A DNA stretch of 64,000 bases from the human T2T-CHM13v2.0 reference genome, Homo sapiens, in the NCBI GenBank assembly GCA_009914755.4, contig CP068257.2:32416001-32480000 (forward strand), written 5' to 3'. A program made the position numbers and the translations under genes. Under the pieces are notes generated by a model, which saw only the letters and a program-made list of their open reading frames with translations, ran no database searches and was not told where the DNA came from. Shown here one piece after another: positions 1 to 13,885 of this stretch (positions within the stretch are counted from its first letter, which is position 1; each line of letters begins with the position of its first letter).

Positions 1-219
<219 letters not shown>

Positions 220-269
220 TAATTTTGTGGTAATTTGTTATAGTGACAATAGGAAACTAATATAATTTT

Positions 270-510
270 AAACACAATTTGTTTATCCATGCACCTCTTG
301 ATACGTGGGGTTATTTGCTGTCTGGAACTATTCTGAATAAAGCTGCTAGGAACATTCTTATGCAAGTCCTTGTGTGGACATATGTTTTCATTTCTCTTGG
401 GTAAATATACCTAGGAATGGAATTTCAGAGGCATACAGTAGTTATGTGTTTAACGGTATAAGAAACTTTCAGTTTTCCCAATTAGTTTTACCATTTTATA
501 CTTAACAGTA
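270..510 (-). mobile_element. L1 fragment (ORF2 3'-end region), reverse orientation
   Basis: Matches reverse complement of L1 ORF2 3' end (ccattcacctgttgatgg...gtgtggacatatgttttcatttctcttgggtaaata...). Confidence 0.6.
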
Positions 511-1084
511 TGAGACCTGACCATCTTAAAAAACACATGCACACAAAACAGGAAGGTTGGGGTCATTCACCCCAAAGGGTAAGGGACTGGTGGGAGTCAA
601 TCCGTGTGTGTGTTCTGGATGATTCTAGACCCTGACTGTACTTCCAGAGTCTCAGCATGAGCTGTAGTACAGATTTATGCCTAGATTAGTTTTTCTTTAT
701 TTTCTTTCTTGAACAAGAAATGGTTCACCTGATACACCGCTCTCATCCTCTTCTTCCCTCCCGTGTTCCTGTGCTTCCTATCAGCACGCACTGTCCTTTC
801 CCTGTGGGCGGTAGTCACACCCCCAAAGACCTGGACAACCTAGGGAACAGGAGCCAGTGAGTCTAGACCTCAGAGTCCTGAGAACGACACAGAAAACAAG
901 TCTGCAGTGTGCTGCATGCCTCTGCCGTGTGGGGCAGTCAACCATATTATTCTTCAGTTAATGGAATTTTCTTTCTCCTCTAAGTAGGAAAACACCAGTA
1001 GCTCAGATGCCACCCACTGCAGTAGTTGATAAAACACTCAAAGAAAAGGAAGCAGGGAGAAAGAGGAAAATCTCCCTGGATCTG

Positions 1085-1140
1085 TTTTGTTTTGTTTTTT
1101 CTTTTACTTTTTCTTTTTCTTTCTTTCTTTTTTTTTTTGG
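1085..1140. repeat. T-rich simple repeat ((GTTTT)n / (TTTC)n / poly-T)
   Basis: tttgttttgttttgttttttcttttactttttctttttctttctttcttttttttttt. Confidence 0.8.
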
Positions 1141-2599
1141 TGGGCAGTGAGGTGGGGGTTCCTGGGTGGGGTGTAGCAGGGAGCCGTTTTGTTATTTTTG
1201 CTTTTTTTTTCGCCTAAAGAAAATTTGCCAGGTCCCCTTCCAATTCTGATCCCACTAGATTCCAGAAGTCTTCTGAGGTTAAGCTCAAGGACAAAGAGAT
1301 GGTTGTTTTCCAGGTGCAATTTTGGTGAGCCAAGCTTTGACTCCCGAAAGAGGGTCTGGAATTTGGAAATCAGCTGGTTTGTCCCCTCTTGCCCCCCAGA
1401 TTTCTCAAACTTGTTCAGATCATAGATCTCTCAAAACAAAATGGCTTATCAGCTCCTCTCATCTCCTTCCGTTTATAACACCTGCGTAGTAATACCTTGC
1501 ATAGCTCACTAAGCACACCTCCTTCCATATGAGCTGTGTTATATTGTGGTACATCATTTGGAACTGCTGAGTCTATATGGAAATCCTGATGTACTCTCGT
1601 AGACCACTAGCCACACTGAGAGTGTTGGAAACTAAAGACCCCAGGTGTCCTTTGGAGCCAAGGACAGTTGTCTTGTACAAGATCAGTGGGGCTGGACCCA
1701 TCCATTTGTGAGTCCTGAAGTCGAGCTCAATGATATTGTCTTTTGCAGTGACTGAACGGGCTCCCATGCCAGGCCTGGCTGGATGTTGGCCTGGGAGCCC
1801 TCTTTGCGCACGGTGGTACAAGTCCTCTCCCTGCTGTGCAGAACTAAGAGCTCTGGAATGTGGGCACAGCATGTGGTATAGGCACATGCCTGGTCCTCTG
1901 CAGGTTTAGAACAAGTTTGCACAGACATGGAGACCTCATGGGAGGGACAGTGCATTGCTTTGCAAAGGAAATTATTTGGACAAGCCCTCAGCTTTCATGC
2001 CAAGCAAGAGGTAGAACTACTCAGTTAACCCACCTTGGCATGAAAGTGCTGCCCTGGGTGTAAAGGAGACTTTTCTCCCAGGTATCCTTCTATATTGGAC
2101 TCATACCAGCCCCAGACATTTGTTGTGCCAGGCATGACAATACATGCTTGACCTACGTCATCACTTTATCTTGTCACCGTACTTGGAAGGGAGGTGCAGA
2201 AACAGCAGCGCAACTTCTTCCAAGTGCCTACATTTCCCCATCGCCTTCCAAGCTAGGCATCCAGAGAATCTGCACCCTGTGGTTCCGGGATATGACAGCA
2301 GCAGGGTGTATGGGCATGGGCTTGTCCTCTCAGGTTGAGCCAGTTTGCACAGGTGTCAACACCCCATGGGTACCATGGTGCAGCCTAGCATCATGAAAAG
2401 AACAGGACATTTGGGTAAAATGATAAGAATGTGAATGTGAATCCCGGGCAGTGGTGAGGATCAAAGGTCAAAGGGGACCGTGAGAATGAAGGTGCTTTGT
2501 CAACTGTCGAGGGGCATACAGATACGGATGATTCTTGCTCTTGGTTGGGAAGGTAACACTCATTCAGGCAACATGAGAGTACTCGTCTTTAGCAGAAAA

Positions 2600-3290
2600 T
2601 GGTACCCAGTGAGATTAGCACCCAGCAAGGTGGGTGGTATACAGAGAGGTGGTCGTACTAATGTGGAGGCTGGTTCCCATTGACGAGGTGGGGACTCAGT
2701 GAGGAGATTGTTACTCAGGAAGGAGGATGGTACCCAGTGGGGAGGATGCGCCCAAGGGGGAGGGTGTGCTCAGCAGGGAGGTTGGTATCCAGGGAGGATG
2801 ATGGTACCCAGTGGGAAAATTAGTACTCACTGGGGAGACTAGCACCCATTGGTGAGGTTGTACCCATTGGAAAGATTGGTACCAGGGGGAAGGTTTTACC
2901 CAGGAGGAAGGTTGTACCCATTGGAGAGACTGGTACCAGGGGGAAGGTTTTACCCAGGGGGAAGGCTGTACCCATTGGAGAGACTGGTACCAGGGGGAAG
3001 GTTTTACCCAGGGGGAAGGCTGTACCCATTGGAGAGACTGGTACCAGGGGGGAGGTTTTACCTAGGGTGAAGGCTGTACCCATTGGAGAGACTGGTACCA
3101 GAGGAAGGTTTTCCTCAGGGGGGAGTTTGTACCCTACTGGGGAGATTGGTACCAGTGGGGAGGTGGCACCCGGGGGGAGCTTGGTACCCAGTAGGGAGTT
3201 TGCTGCACACTGGGAGACTGGTACCCAGTAGGAAGGTTGTAACCAGCGGGGAGGTTGGACCTAGTAAGGAGTTTGGACCTTGGAGAGTCT
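2600..3290. repeat. Minisatellite: degenerate ~18-27-bp GGTACCCAGTGGGGAG-like units with a near-perfect 54-bp x >=4 core array at 2878-3120
   Basis: GGTACC recurs at 2878, 2932, 2986, 3040 and 3094 (period 54). Flanks carry diverged copies. ORF-track peptides on both strands are repetitive (GKTFPLVPVSPMGTAF...). Confidence 0.9.
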
Positions 3291-4177
3291 CATCACCTGA
3301 TTTAGGCTGTGAAGCGGACTACGGGCAGAGGTCAAATAAGATAGAGGTGACTTGTGCAATTTTTCACATTTAAATAAAAAAGCAGAGGCATGGACAAATC
3401 TTCAGTACCCTGCCCACGTTAGATGTTTTAGAGCATCCATTTATCCATGTTGGTTTTAGATTTCTGCCCAAGGAAGCCTAAAGTCAACATTACTGTGATC
3501 AAATGGAGCTCACATTTCTCCTGCCTGGAAATACCTATAATTCCTTAAAACAATGTTTCAATTTACCACAAGTCTGGTGGCATTTCAAAGTGTAATAAAA
3601 AACCCACCATCCTTTTCCTGCCTCCCACTCTTGGTGTTCTGGAGAAGACTGCGGAACACACACGGACTTTCAATCAAGGGGAGACGGCTCTTCCTCTGTT
3701 TTGTGTACCTTTGTCTTTCCTGGAGTAGAGTGCTGTGATAAACCTACAGATGCCGGTGACTCAGGCTGGGTCATGGGAAGAAGTGGGCGAGTCGGAGCCA
3801 GATGAATTTGTGGCGTGCTTTCCTATCCAGCTGACATGTTGCAGAGGTTAAGTATGGTGGAGTTTTAGGCCAATTTGGAGCCATTCATTTACTCAGTGAG
3901 CTTCATCAACCCATCCCTCACCCACCATGTGCCTGCATTTGCACTGGTGTTTGGCAGGTACATCTCGACCTGTTAAAATATTGAACTACTTTCACACTGG
4001 TTGTCAAGTAACCACTGCCTGGATACCTTCCAACCTCCCCAAGGGCTTGTGTCCATTCTAATTGGTTAGTTTCTGTTATTACACTGATTGCTGAATAGTT
4101 GACACCCCAGATTATGGAACAATTAAAACAAATCCTCTCCCAACAAGGGGGTGGCAGATGCCATGCCTTCCTTTCCC

Positions 4178-4188
4178 TGGAAAATTCC
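4178..4188 (+). promoter_or_regulatory. Candidate TonE TGGAAAATTCC (identical 11-mer to the site at 29652)
   Basis: Exact TonE-consensus match, about 35.6 kb upstream of exon 1. Motif match only. Confidence 0.25.
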
Positions 4189-5624
4189 CCATGACTCTTT
4201 CAGGATGCAAGGAGGCCCCAACTGCTATTTTTGTTTAGGTGATTGAGAAAACCAAGTGTGGAGAAGAAACTCCGTTGACGTGATAAAAAGAGCAGAATTA
4301 ATATTTGCTATCTCTTTTTCTGGTGCCAAGAAAGTTACTGGAATAATTCAACCAGATAAAATAAGTAGATATGTGACTTTAAAAAGATGAAGTTTGTACA
4401 ATGAGGCAGATGCCATCTGGCCCAGGAGGAATTTAGTGATGGCGGCATCATTCTCATTAATGTCAGAACTGCCCGGGGTTGTTGTCTATTTGTACAGTCT
4501 AGGGAGATGTTGAAGGCAAAATTCAGAAAGCAATTCTAATTCTGAGGTTTTCAATCCTGAACCCACAGTTGATCACCATAGGCATGCCCATACTGGAAAC
4601 CTCGCATTAGTTTCTGTATTTTTTTCCTGGTGATATGTGATCAATACAAAGTATTTGAATACCTGATGTTACATACTTTCCCCCATCTCAGCCACCACTA
4701 ACCCTTCCCCTCATCCTCCTCAAGGGAACCTTCATTAATGATTTCATGTGCTCCTTTTCTGGCCTTTCTAATGCCTATATATCAACCTATATTTTAATGC
4801 TTAACATATAGTGTCTATAATCTGCTTCTTTTCACTTACTGTATGGCAGACAACTTCTGTAGCAGATGATATGGTGTGCTCTCAGATGCTGCTTCAGAGT
4901 GAAGGCACTCATTCCCCGGCTGTCAGGAAGCTGACTGGTGATGGGTCACAGGTAAGCCCTTTCTCAGGATTTGCCATTGGCAAGGTTACACCTTCTCTCC
5001 AGAGGACAATTCACATCCAATGTTTGGCCAATGTGGAGCATAGAGGCTCAGTCTTCCCTCTGAGAAGCTCCCCAGCTCCAGAGTTTCCTGTGGGATCGGC
5101 TGAGACCCCCCGTTCCACCTGCATCTCAGTTTGACTTCTCTTTCTGTCCCCTCTTGCTGCCCTCATTCCCTCAGGTATTCATTGTAACTGAAGGCCTTTC
5201 CCAGTAAAATGCCAGCCCACAAACCTCCAACTCAGATGTTCCCCAGGAATCAGTCTAACACAATGCTCATCATGTTGACATCTTCAAGCATTCCACTATA
5301 TAGAATCTAACAAACAATATGTTGAGTCTCATTCCTATAATCATGTTTGATATTTTCTGTTTATTATTCTTTCTTGTTTCTTTCTAATTTTTAATGGATT
5401 TAATTTTGTTTCATTTTAACAGATTAATAGTTTCCTTTGTATTTCTTTTCCTCCTGGATCAACCCTGTTCAACAGAAGTATATCAAGGCCACATTTGTGA
5501 TTTAAACTTTTCTAGCAGCCATGAAGGCATGACTCATTGGGGATCATCTTAGAATCCTGCTTACCACACACGTTAAAAAAGGTTTAAAGAAGCAAAATTA
5601 GTTTTAAAAAAATGCGTTGTTATT

Positions 5625-5745
5625 ATTTTATAGAGACAGGGTCTCACTATGTTTCCTAGGCTGGTCTCAAACTCCTGGGCTCAAGCAATCCTCCTGCCTC
5701 AGCTTCCCAAAGTGCTGAGATACAGTGTGAGCTACTGCATCAGGC
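5625..5745 (-). mobile_element. Free Alu monomer / truncated Alu (left-arm only), reverse orientation
   Basis: ~120 bp matching reverse complement of the Alu left monomer (tagagacagggtctcactatgtttcctaggctggtctcaaactcctgggctcaagcaatcctcctgcctcagcttcccaaagtgctgag...). Confidence 0.7.
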
Positions 5746-8218
5746 TCCAGATTAATTTTAACAATACATTTTACTGGATCTAATATAACCAGAATATTAT
5801 CATTTCAAAATATATTTGGAGTAAAAATGATTATGGATATATATATAGAGAGAGTGTATTTTGAAAGCCAGTGTGTGTTTTATACTTAGAGCACGTCTCA
5901 GTTCGCACCAGCCACATTTCAAGGGTTTGACAGCCACGTGTACTAGTAGTGGCTGCTGCACTACACGGTGCACTTCTAGAGGGTTCAAAGTTTCCATTAA
6001 AATTGTATTCTAGGACACCAGCCAAAATGGCAAATAAGGATCTCCGAAAATTCCCTCCTCCATAAAAGCAACAAGAACATTATCAAAAAATGTCAGAATC
6101 AACGTTTTCAGAACTTTGGAAATTAACCAAAGGCTTGCAGCAATCTGGGAAACATTTATTTAAGAAAACAGCAGAATCTTGGTAAGAACAGGGAGCTTTG
6201 TGGCACTTTAACTTGCCGTATTCCCATCCCCACCCTCCCCAGCACCACATTAGCTGTGAAATCCAACAGCCTGCAAAACAACCTGTGACCACAGGGGAAA
6301 GTCCGGCAGTCACTGGAAGGGCTTAGAGCTCCTCAAGGCCCATTCTCGGAGAATTGTCATTATTTGACCTCTCTGGTCACACTACTTGCAAGGCTGTTTT
6401 TATTTGAGCTGACTTAGAGCTCATCCAGCACAAATAAAAGCAGCCTTGAGAGTAGGGTCAATTATTGAACCTCACAGCTGACTGAGGTAGTGGATAACAA
6501 GTGGGATAGATAATGTGCTAACCAAAAAACATAAAAGAAAAAGCAGAGGAATGGGATGTCCTTGGAGAGAGTGGGCGCTTTAAAAAGTTCTAACAATATT
6601 CCTGGGAATATAGAAAGCCATACAAATGTTTAGGGCTGTGTGGACACCCAGTGCTGTGTGTGTGCCCAGGAAATATCCAAGAAGACCCTGGCTCTCACCT
6701 CTGGCCAACCTTGAGCCTCTGCTGAAGCAGGAAGTGAAGGCTAAGATGGAGCTGTAAGGTGCTTGGCTGAATGCTGAAGGAAACACACGCAGAACTTCTT
6801 GGTAAAGACTGAGAGTCTTATTGGTTCCAGTCATCTAAGGAAGTCTTTGTTGAATCATTAAATGACCACTAAGCTAACTGGTCGAGACTCACTGGCCACA
6901 CAAAACAAAGAATATACCTTTATAGAATTAGTTCAGGAAAGTCACCAACCATCCAACCAAACAATACCAATTAAATAGTAACAACAACAAACCCAGGGCA
7001 AAATCTGATTTCCAGAGTTGCTATGTTATATTGTTTTAAAAGTCTAGTTTTTACCAAAAATTATGAAACACGCCAAGAAACAAGAGAGTCTGTCTCATAT
7101 GCAGGGAAAAAGACACTCAATAGAAACTGTCCCCAAGAGGGCACAGACACTGGATTTTCTATACAAAGACTTAAATCAACTATGTTAAATATGTTTTAAA
7201 AACCCTAAAAAACTAAAGGAAACCGTGGCTATACAGGGAAAAATGTCTCATATACAGAAACTCCTAAGGAATCCACAAAACACAAGATCAATATACAAAA
7301 ATCAATTTTGTTTCCGTAAGCTAGCAGTGAACAACACAAAAATGAAATTAAGAAAAACAATTCCACTTAGTATCCAAAAATGTTTAGGAATAAATTTAAT
7401 GAAAGAAGTGTAAGACTTTTAACTGAAAACTCTCAAACATTGGTGAAAGAAATTAAAGAAGACCTACATAAATGGAAAGACATTCCTGTGTTCATGGACT
7501 GGAAAATGGCAATTTTCTCCAAATTGAAATCACTATAAAAATTCCAGATGCTGGGCTTTTTTTTTGTTTTGTTTTGTTTTAGAAATTGAGAAGCTGATTC
7601 TAAAATTCATATATAAATTCAAGGGATCCACAATAGCTAAAACAATCCTGAAAAAGAATAACAAAATTGGAGGACTCACATTTCCCAGTTTCAAAACATA
7701 AGCTACAGTAATCAAGACTGTGTGGTTCTGACCTAAGGATAGACATAGACAATGGAATAGAATTAAAAGTCCAGAAATAAACCCATATATTTATAGTCAA
7801 TTGATTTTCAACAATAGTGCCAGGACATTCAATGGGGGGAAAATAGTCTTTTCAACAACTGGTGCTGAGATAACTGGATATCCACATGCACAAAAGAAGA
7901 AATTGGATCCCTTACCTTACACCATATACAAAATTTAACTCAAAATGGATCAAAGACTTTGCTGTAAGACTCTTAGGAGAGAGCATAGATGTAAATAATC
8001 ATTACCTTTAATTAAGCAAGTTTCTTGGCTATGACACTAAAAGCATAAGCAATCAAAGAAAAAATAGATAAATTGGACTTCATCAAAATTTTAAAAATCT
8101 GTGCTTCAAAGTACACGATCAAGAAAGGAAAAAGACAAGTCACAGAGTGGGAGGAAATATTGTTGAATCACATGTCTGATAAGGGTCTAGTATCCAGAAT
8201 ATATTGTTGGGGCTCAGA

Positions 8219-8808
8219 AAACATTACCCCCAAATAGGACACTTTGACATGAAGCAACCTCGAGGTCTCTCTGACCTCCCTGGTCCCTGCACCCGACTAT
8301 TCCTCTGTCTCTCTCAAAGCACAGAATGTAGTTGTTCACTGAAATTCCCTTATCTACCTAGACACTGAACCTACTAAAGAGAAACACAATTGCCTTCCCT
8401 GAAATTTAACTAGAGAAGAATAAACTCATAACACAGAGGAAGAGATTGAAAATTAAACACCAGACAAACTTTGTCCCAAACCACTGTCTTCTCTCTGTCC
8501 CATTCAATTTCCAAAGAAAACTATTTACTAACCATTGTCTGAGCATTAGACCCATTCATTTCCCCTAAAAATCATTTACTATCCCTCAAATCAGCCACAT
8601 TTCCCCATGTTCTTTTTCCCTATGAAGAAGAATATATAAGCATGTGTATCCCTTTGGGTTACTGGGTAATTATTCTCCTGCAATTCCAATGTGATGTGTT
8701 AAAATAAATCTGTATGCTTTTTTCTTCTATTAATCTGCCTTTGTCAGTTTATTTTCAGCAAACCTTCAGAGGGTGATGGGGGAAGAGTTCTCTTCTTCCC
8801 CCTATAAT
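8219..8808. mobile_element. Unclassified ~590-bp insertion interrupting the L1 (possible solo LTR or other repeat)
   Basis: L1 colinearity breaks after …ccagaatatat and resumes at ataaaggactattacaactcaac. The intervening sequence is unrelated to L1 and contains an aataaa motif. Confidence 0.35.
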
Positions 8809-9449
8809 ATAAAGGACTATTACAACTCAACAATTAAAAGACAACCCAGATTAAAAGTGGGCACTATAGTCGAATACATATTTTTCCAGTAAAGATATAC
8901 AAATGGCTAATGAGCACATGAATAGATGCTCCATATCATTAGTCACAGGGAACTGGAAGTTAAAACCACAGTGAGATATCATGTCACATTCACTAGAATG
9001 ACTATTATCAAAGACAGTCAATAACAAGTGTTGCCAATATGGAGAAGCTGAACCCTCCATACATTACTGGTAGGAATAGAAAACTGTGAAGCTGCTTTGG
9101 GAAAGAGTTTGACAGTTCCTCAAAAAGTTAAACATAGAGTTTTCATGTGACTCAGTTGTTCCACTCCTAGGTACATACTCAAAAGAAATGACATTTGCCC
9201 ACAAGAAACCTTGTATGTGAATGTTCATAGCAGCATTATTCATAATAGCTAGAAAATAAAAACAATCCAAATGTCCATCAACTAGTGAACAGATAAACAA
9301 AAGGTGGTGTACCTATCTAATGGAATACTTTTCAGCCATAAAAAGGAATGAAATACTGATTCATGATACAACAGGAATGCACCTTAAAAACACTGTGCTA
9401 AATTAAAGAAGCCAGACATCAACAGCCACATACTGTATGATTCCATTTA

Positions 9450-9795
9450 CAGTAGCCCCCCCTTTTCTGCATTCCAAGATCCCCACTGGATGCCTGGAAC
9501 TACAGATAGTACCCAACCCTATGTATACGATGTTTTTCAATCTGATAACCAAGATGGCTACTAAGTGACTAACAAGCAGGTAGTGTATGCAGTATGGATA
9601 TGCTGGACCAAGGATGATTCACATCCCAGGTGGGACAGCACAAAATTTCATCATGCTACTCAGAATGGCGTGCAATGTAAAGCATATGAATTCTTTACTT
9701 CTGGAATTTTCTACTTAATATTTTCTGATCATGATTGACCATGGGTAACTGAAACTACAGAAAATGGAAAGTGCGGATAACGGGAACTATTGTAT
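9450..9795. mobile_element. Tigger/pogo-family non-autonomous DNA transposon (MITE-like) nested in the L1 3' end
   Basis: Termini cagtagccccccc… and …gtgcggataacgggaactattg are imperfect inverted repeats resembling Tigger TIRs (CAGTAGTCCCCC…CCGCGGATAAGGGGGACTACTG). Flanked by TA dinucleotides. L1 resumes immediately after. Confidence 0.5.
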
Positions 9796-11050
9796 ATAAA
9801 ATGTCTAGAAGAGGCAAATCCATAGATACAGAAAGATTTGTGGCTGCCAGGACCTGGGCGTGGGGAGACAGGAAAATGGGAGATGACTGCTAATGGGTGT
9901 GGAGGTGCTTTCTGCGGCGATTAAAATGAGATAATGATAATGTTTGCACAACTTTGTGAATATATTAAAATGTATTAAATTGTAAACTTTAAAAGGTGAA
10001 TTTTATAGTATATGACTATATCTTAATTTTTAATATGAAGTATTTTTTAAATAAAAGAAAATATTATATTCTATCAGGCATTCTTAAATTTTTAACAAAT
10101 CTATTTTTTATTTCTCTATCGACATCAAGGTTGAAACAGCATATGTAACCCTCCTTCCCTTCTATCATCTCTGCAACGCAAGAAACTTAACATGCTTTCA
10201 TTCTCCTAGTCACCTCTCTACAATCTAGATTTTCTTGTTGATGATGATGATGAAAAGAATCTGTAATTATTACTTGTTGAATGTTAAGTACCATGTATCA
10301 TGTTTATTTTATAAGCATTATCTTATTTTTCCCAAGGTCTTAACTACTACCTCAAACTACCTCTCAGACTGTTTAGGGATTTTTAAAAACATTATGTCTT
10401 CTATTTTAAGCCTCCTTTAAACAATTTTAAATTAAATGGTACAACTACTCTGTCAATGAATTTTTTGTATTGGTTTCTTAAAGCCCCTTCTGTAGCTTCT
10501 GTGATACCACATAATCTCAGTGTTCTTTTGCCTCTTGGAGGTTCCCTCTCATTCTCTTTTGCTTAGTTGTCCTCCTGTTCGTCACCCCTAAATATCGGGG
10601 TGTCCAACACTGAGTCCTCAGAGTGCTTCTCTTTTCACTTACCTGACACCTTGGGTGATCTCATCTGGTCCCATGGCCTTGAACAGCACCCTTTGCAGAT
10701 AATTCTCAAATTTGTATCTCCGGTCTTAACCTCTCTCCTAAACTCCACCTGTCAATTTGACATGTTCACTTGGATGTCCAATAGGCATCTCAAACGTAAC
10801 ATGTCCAAAATCAAACTCTTGATTCTGTCCCCAGACTTGCTCTTCCTCCAGTGTTCTCCATCTTTGTGAATGGCACCTATTCACCCAGTTACTCAGGTTG
10901 AAAACTTTAAAATCAAACTTGAATCCTCTCTTTCTCTCACGCTCTCCAAATTCAATCCTGTTGGTTCTACCTTCAAGCACATCTCCAGTTCCTCACTAAT
11001 ACTGTCCTGGCCCAGAGCACCACCACACTTCTGGAATACCACAGTAGGCT

Positions 11051-11138
11051 ATTTTTTTTTTTTTTTTTGAGATGGAGTTCCACTTTTGTTGTCCAGGCTG
11101 GAGTGTAATGGCACGATTTCGGCTCACTGCAACCTCTG
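11051..11138 (-). mobile_element. Severely 5'-truncated Alu (poly-A plus ~70 bp of 3' end) with a 19-bp target-site duplication
   Basis: T17 followed by gagatggagttccacttttgttgtccaggctggagtgtaatggcacgatttcggctcactgcaacctctg. Flanked by direct repeats tggaataccacagtaggct at 11032-11050 and 11139-11157. Confidence 0.85.
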
Positions 11139-11154
11139 TGGAATACCACAGTAG

Positions 11155-11650
<496 letters not shown>

Positions 11651-11994
11651 AAATTATTATTATAGCTCAGTTTTCTAATCTGTGTAATAGGGATAATAAT
11701 AATAATAATACTTACTCCATGGTGATGTTGGAGTGATTAAATGAGACACTATATCTAGATTTGTTCAGAATAGTACTTGAATCAGAGTAAATCCACAATA
11801 AATGTTGGCTATTATTATTACAATTACACACTGGACTTTTTTCCTTGATGTCTTTATTCTGCTTCTTCTTTCTTAATTTGGTTATTCTTAGAAAGGGTAA
11901 AAAATAATGAATGTTCTATTTTCCTGCATTCCAAGTCTTTTTCTTTGATTATCACATGCTTGACCAATAGTAAATGCTCAATAAATGTGAGCTA

Positions 11995-12072
11995 TCAGGT
12001 TGGTGCAAAAGTAAGTGCAGTTTTTTGCCATTAAAATAATGGTTTTTGCCATTACTTTTGCACCAAACTAAT
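11995..12072. mobile_element. MADE1 (Hsmar1-derived mariner MITE)
   Basis: aggttggtgcaaaagtaagtgcagttttttgccattaaaataatggtttttgccattacttttgcaccaaact is an 80-bp palindromic element matching the MADE1 consensus. Confidence 0.85.
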
Positions 12073-13274
12073 AATTATATTTAGAATACACAAAACCTTC
12101 CCTTTCTGGTTATTCTTACTCTGATGCATTTCTATTGGATTACCCTTTAAGTAACTTCAGAAGAAACAAGGGGTCTTCATCTTTATACGTAATCTTCTTC
12201 AGAAGAAGTTTAACTTCAGAACTTTAACTTCAGTAACTTCAGAACTTTTTAGAAGTTTAAGTAACTTCTTCAGAAGAAACATGTAATCTTCATCTTTATA
12301 TGTCCAAACCTGTCTCCCTTTTACAATCACACATGAATCACAGTTTGGATGGGAAGAGATTTCTAGAATTACCTCAGAATTTGGTCAATGTTCTCAATAC
12401 GTAGTCCTTTGTTTTTGTTTGGAAGTGTATGGAACTTTCTCTTCATCTTCAAGATTCAGGAATTTCACCATGACATGTTTTGTTGGCTCTCTTCTTTAGT
12501 ATTCCTGCCGAGTGTTTGGTGGGTCCTTTTGATGTAAACGCTGTGCCCGGCTATTTCCTTTCTTTAGTGAAAGGAAATTTTCTTTTATTATTTTTTGCAT
12601 TATGGCTTCTCTTCTAAGTGACATTGCTACTGAAACTCACTTAAGTGGCTGACTCTTAGATCGCGCCTCATGTCTCATATCTTAGTCTTAAAATATCTAT
12701 TTCTTTGGTTTGCATTTTTGGAGAATTTTTAAAAGTTATTTGTACATTAAAAGTTATTTGTACATTGAATTTCAGAAGTGTTCATTTTGCTCTTCAGTGC
12801 CCCAATTGAAGTTGCTTTGATGTACTTTAGAATTTTTTTTCTGAGAGATATTCTCTATGTGCATAGCAAGTTGCATTTTGAATGTAAAATCTTCAGAAAA
12901 ATAAATAAGGATGAAAACTAGGAATTTTTGAGTTTCCTCATGTTTTCTGCAGTATTCCCAATGTCTTTATGTTTTTCTATTTCCAATGGCTCTCCAAATG
13001 GGTTTACCTGTCGCATTGCACTAGACTTGTTCACTGTAGAATTGTATAGGGGCTCCTGGAGTTGTCTTCAAGTTAGTGCATGTTGCACTATATCTGGACA
13101 ATATTCGTCAGACTTTGTAACAAAAGGTGGGGTTTTTCTTAGGTCCTGCTAAAAGTAGTTTTCTTCTCTATTTTAATCTCATTTTGCTTGTTTCCTTCTC
13201 TACAGTTTTTATAAATACTCTGTGACTTCATAGTTTCACTTTTAATATGTACGTATATTAAGTTAACATCTCAA

Positions 13275-13885
<611 letters not shown>

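Larger units (their letters stand above)
7060..10035 (+). mobile_element. Old L1 (L1M/L1PB-like) ORF2 3' half and 3'UTR, carrying two nested insertions
   Basis: Colinear with L1 ORF2 (…ctgaaagaaattaaagaagacctacataaatggaaagacattcc…; …aaagatatacaaatggctaatgagcacatgaa…; …catgatacaacaggaatgcaccttaaaaacac…) and L1M 3' end (agaggcaaatccatagatacagaaag…ggctgccaggacctgggcgtgg…aattgtaaactttaaaaggtgaattttat). Confidence 0.8.

Noticed and set aside
2820-3373. Repetitive-peptide ORFs on both strands (MGTAFPLGKTFPLVPVSP…; MVRLYPLERLVPGGRFYPGG…)
   Set aside because: They are translations of the 54-bp minisatellite. The periodic peptide is a tandem-repeat artefact, not a protein. The regular spacing with GGTACC repeats is also not a CRISPR array: this is a eukaryotic genome and there are no unique spacers.
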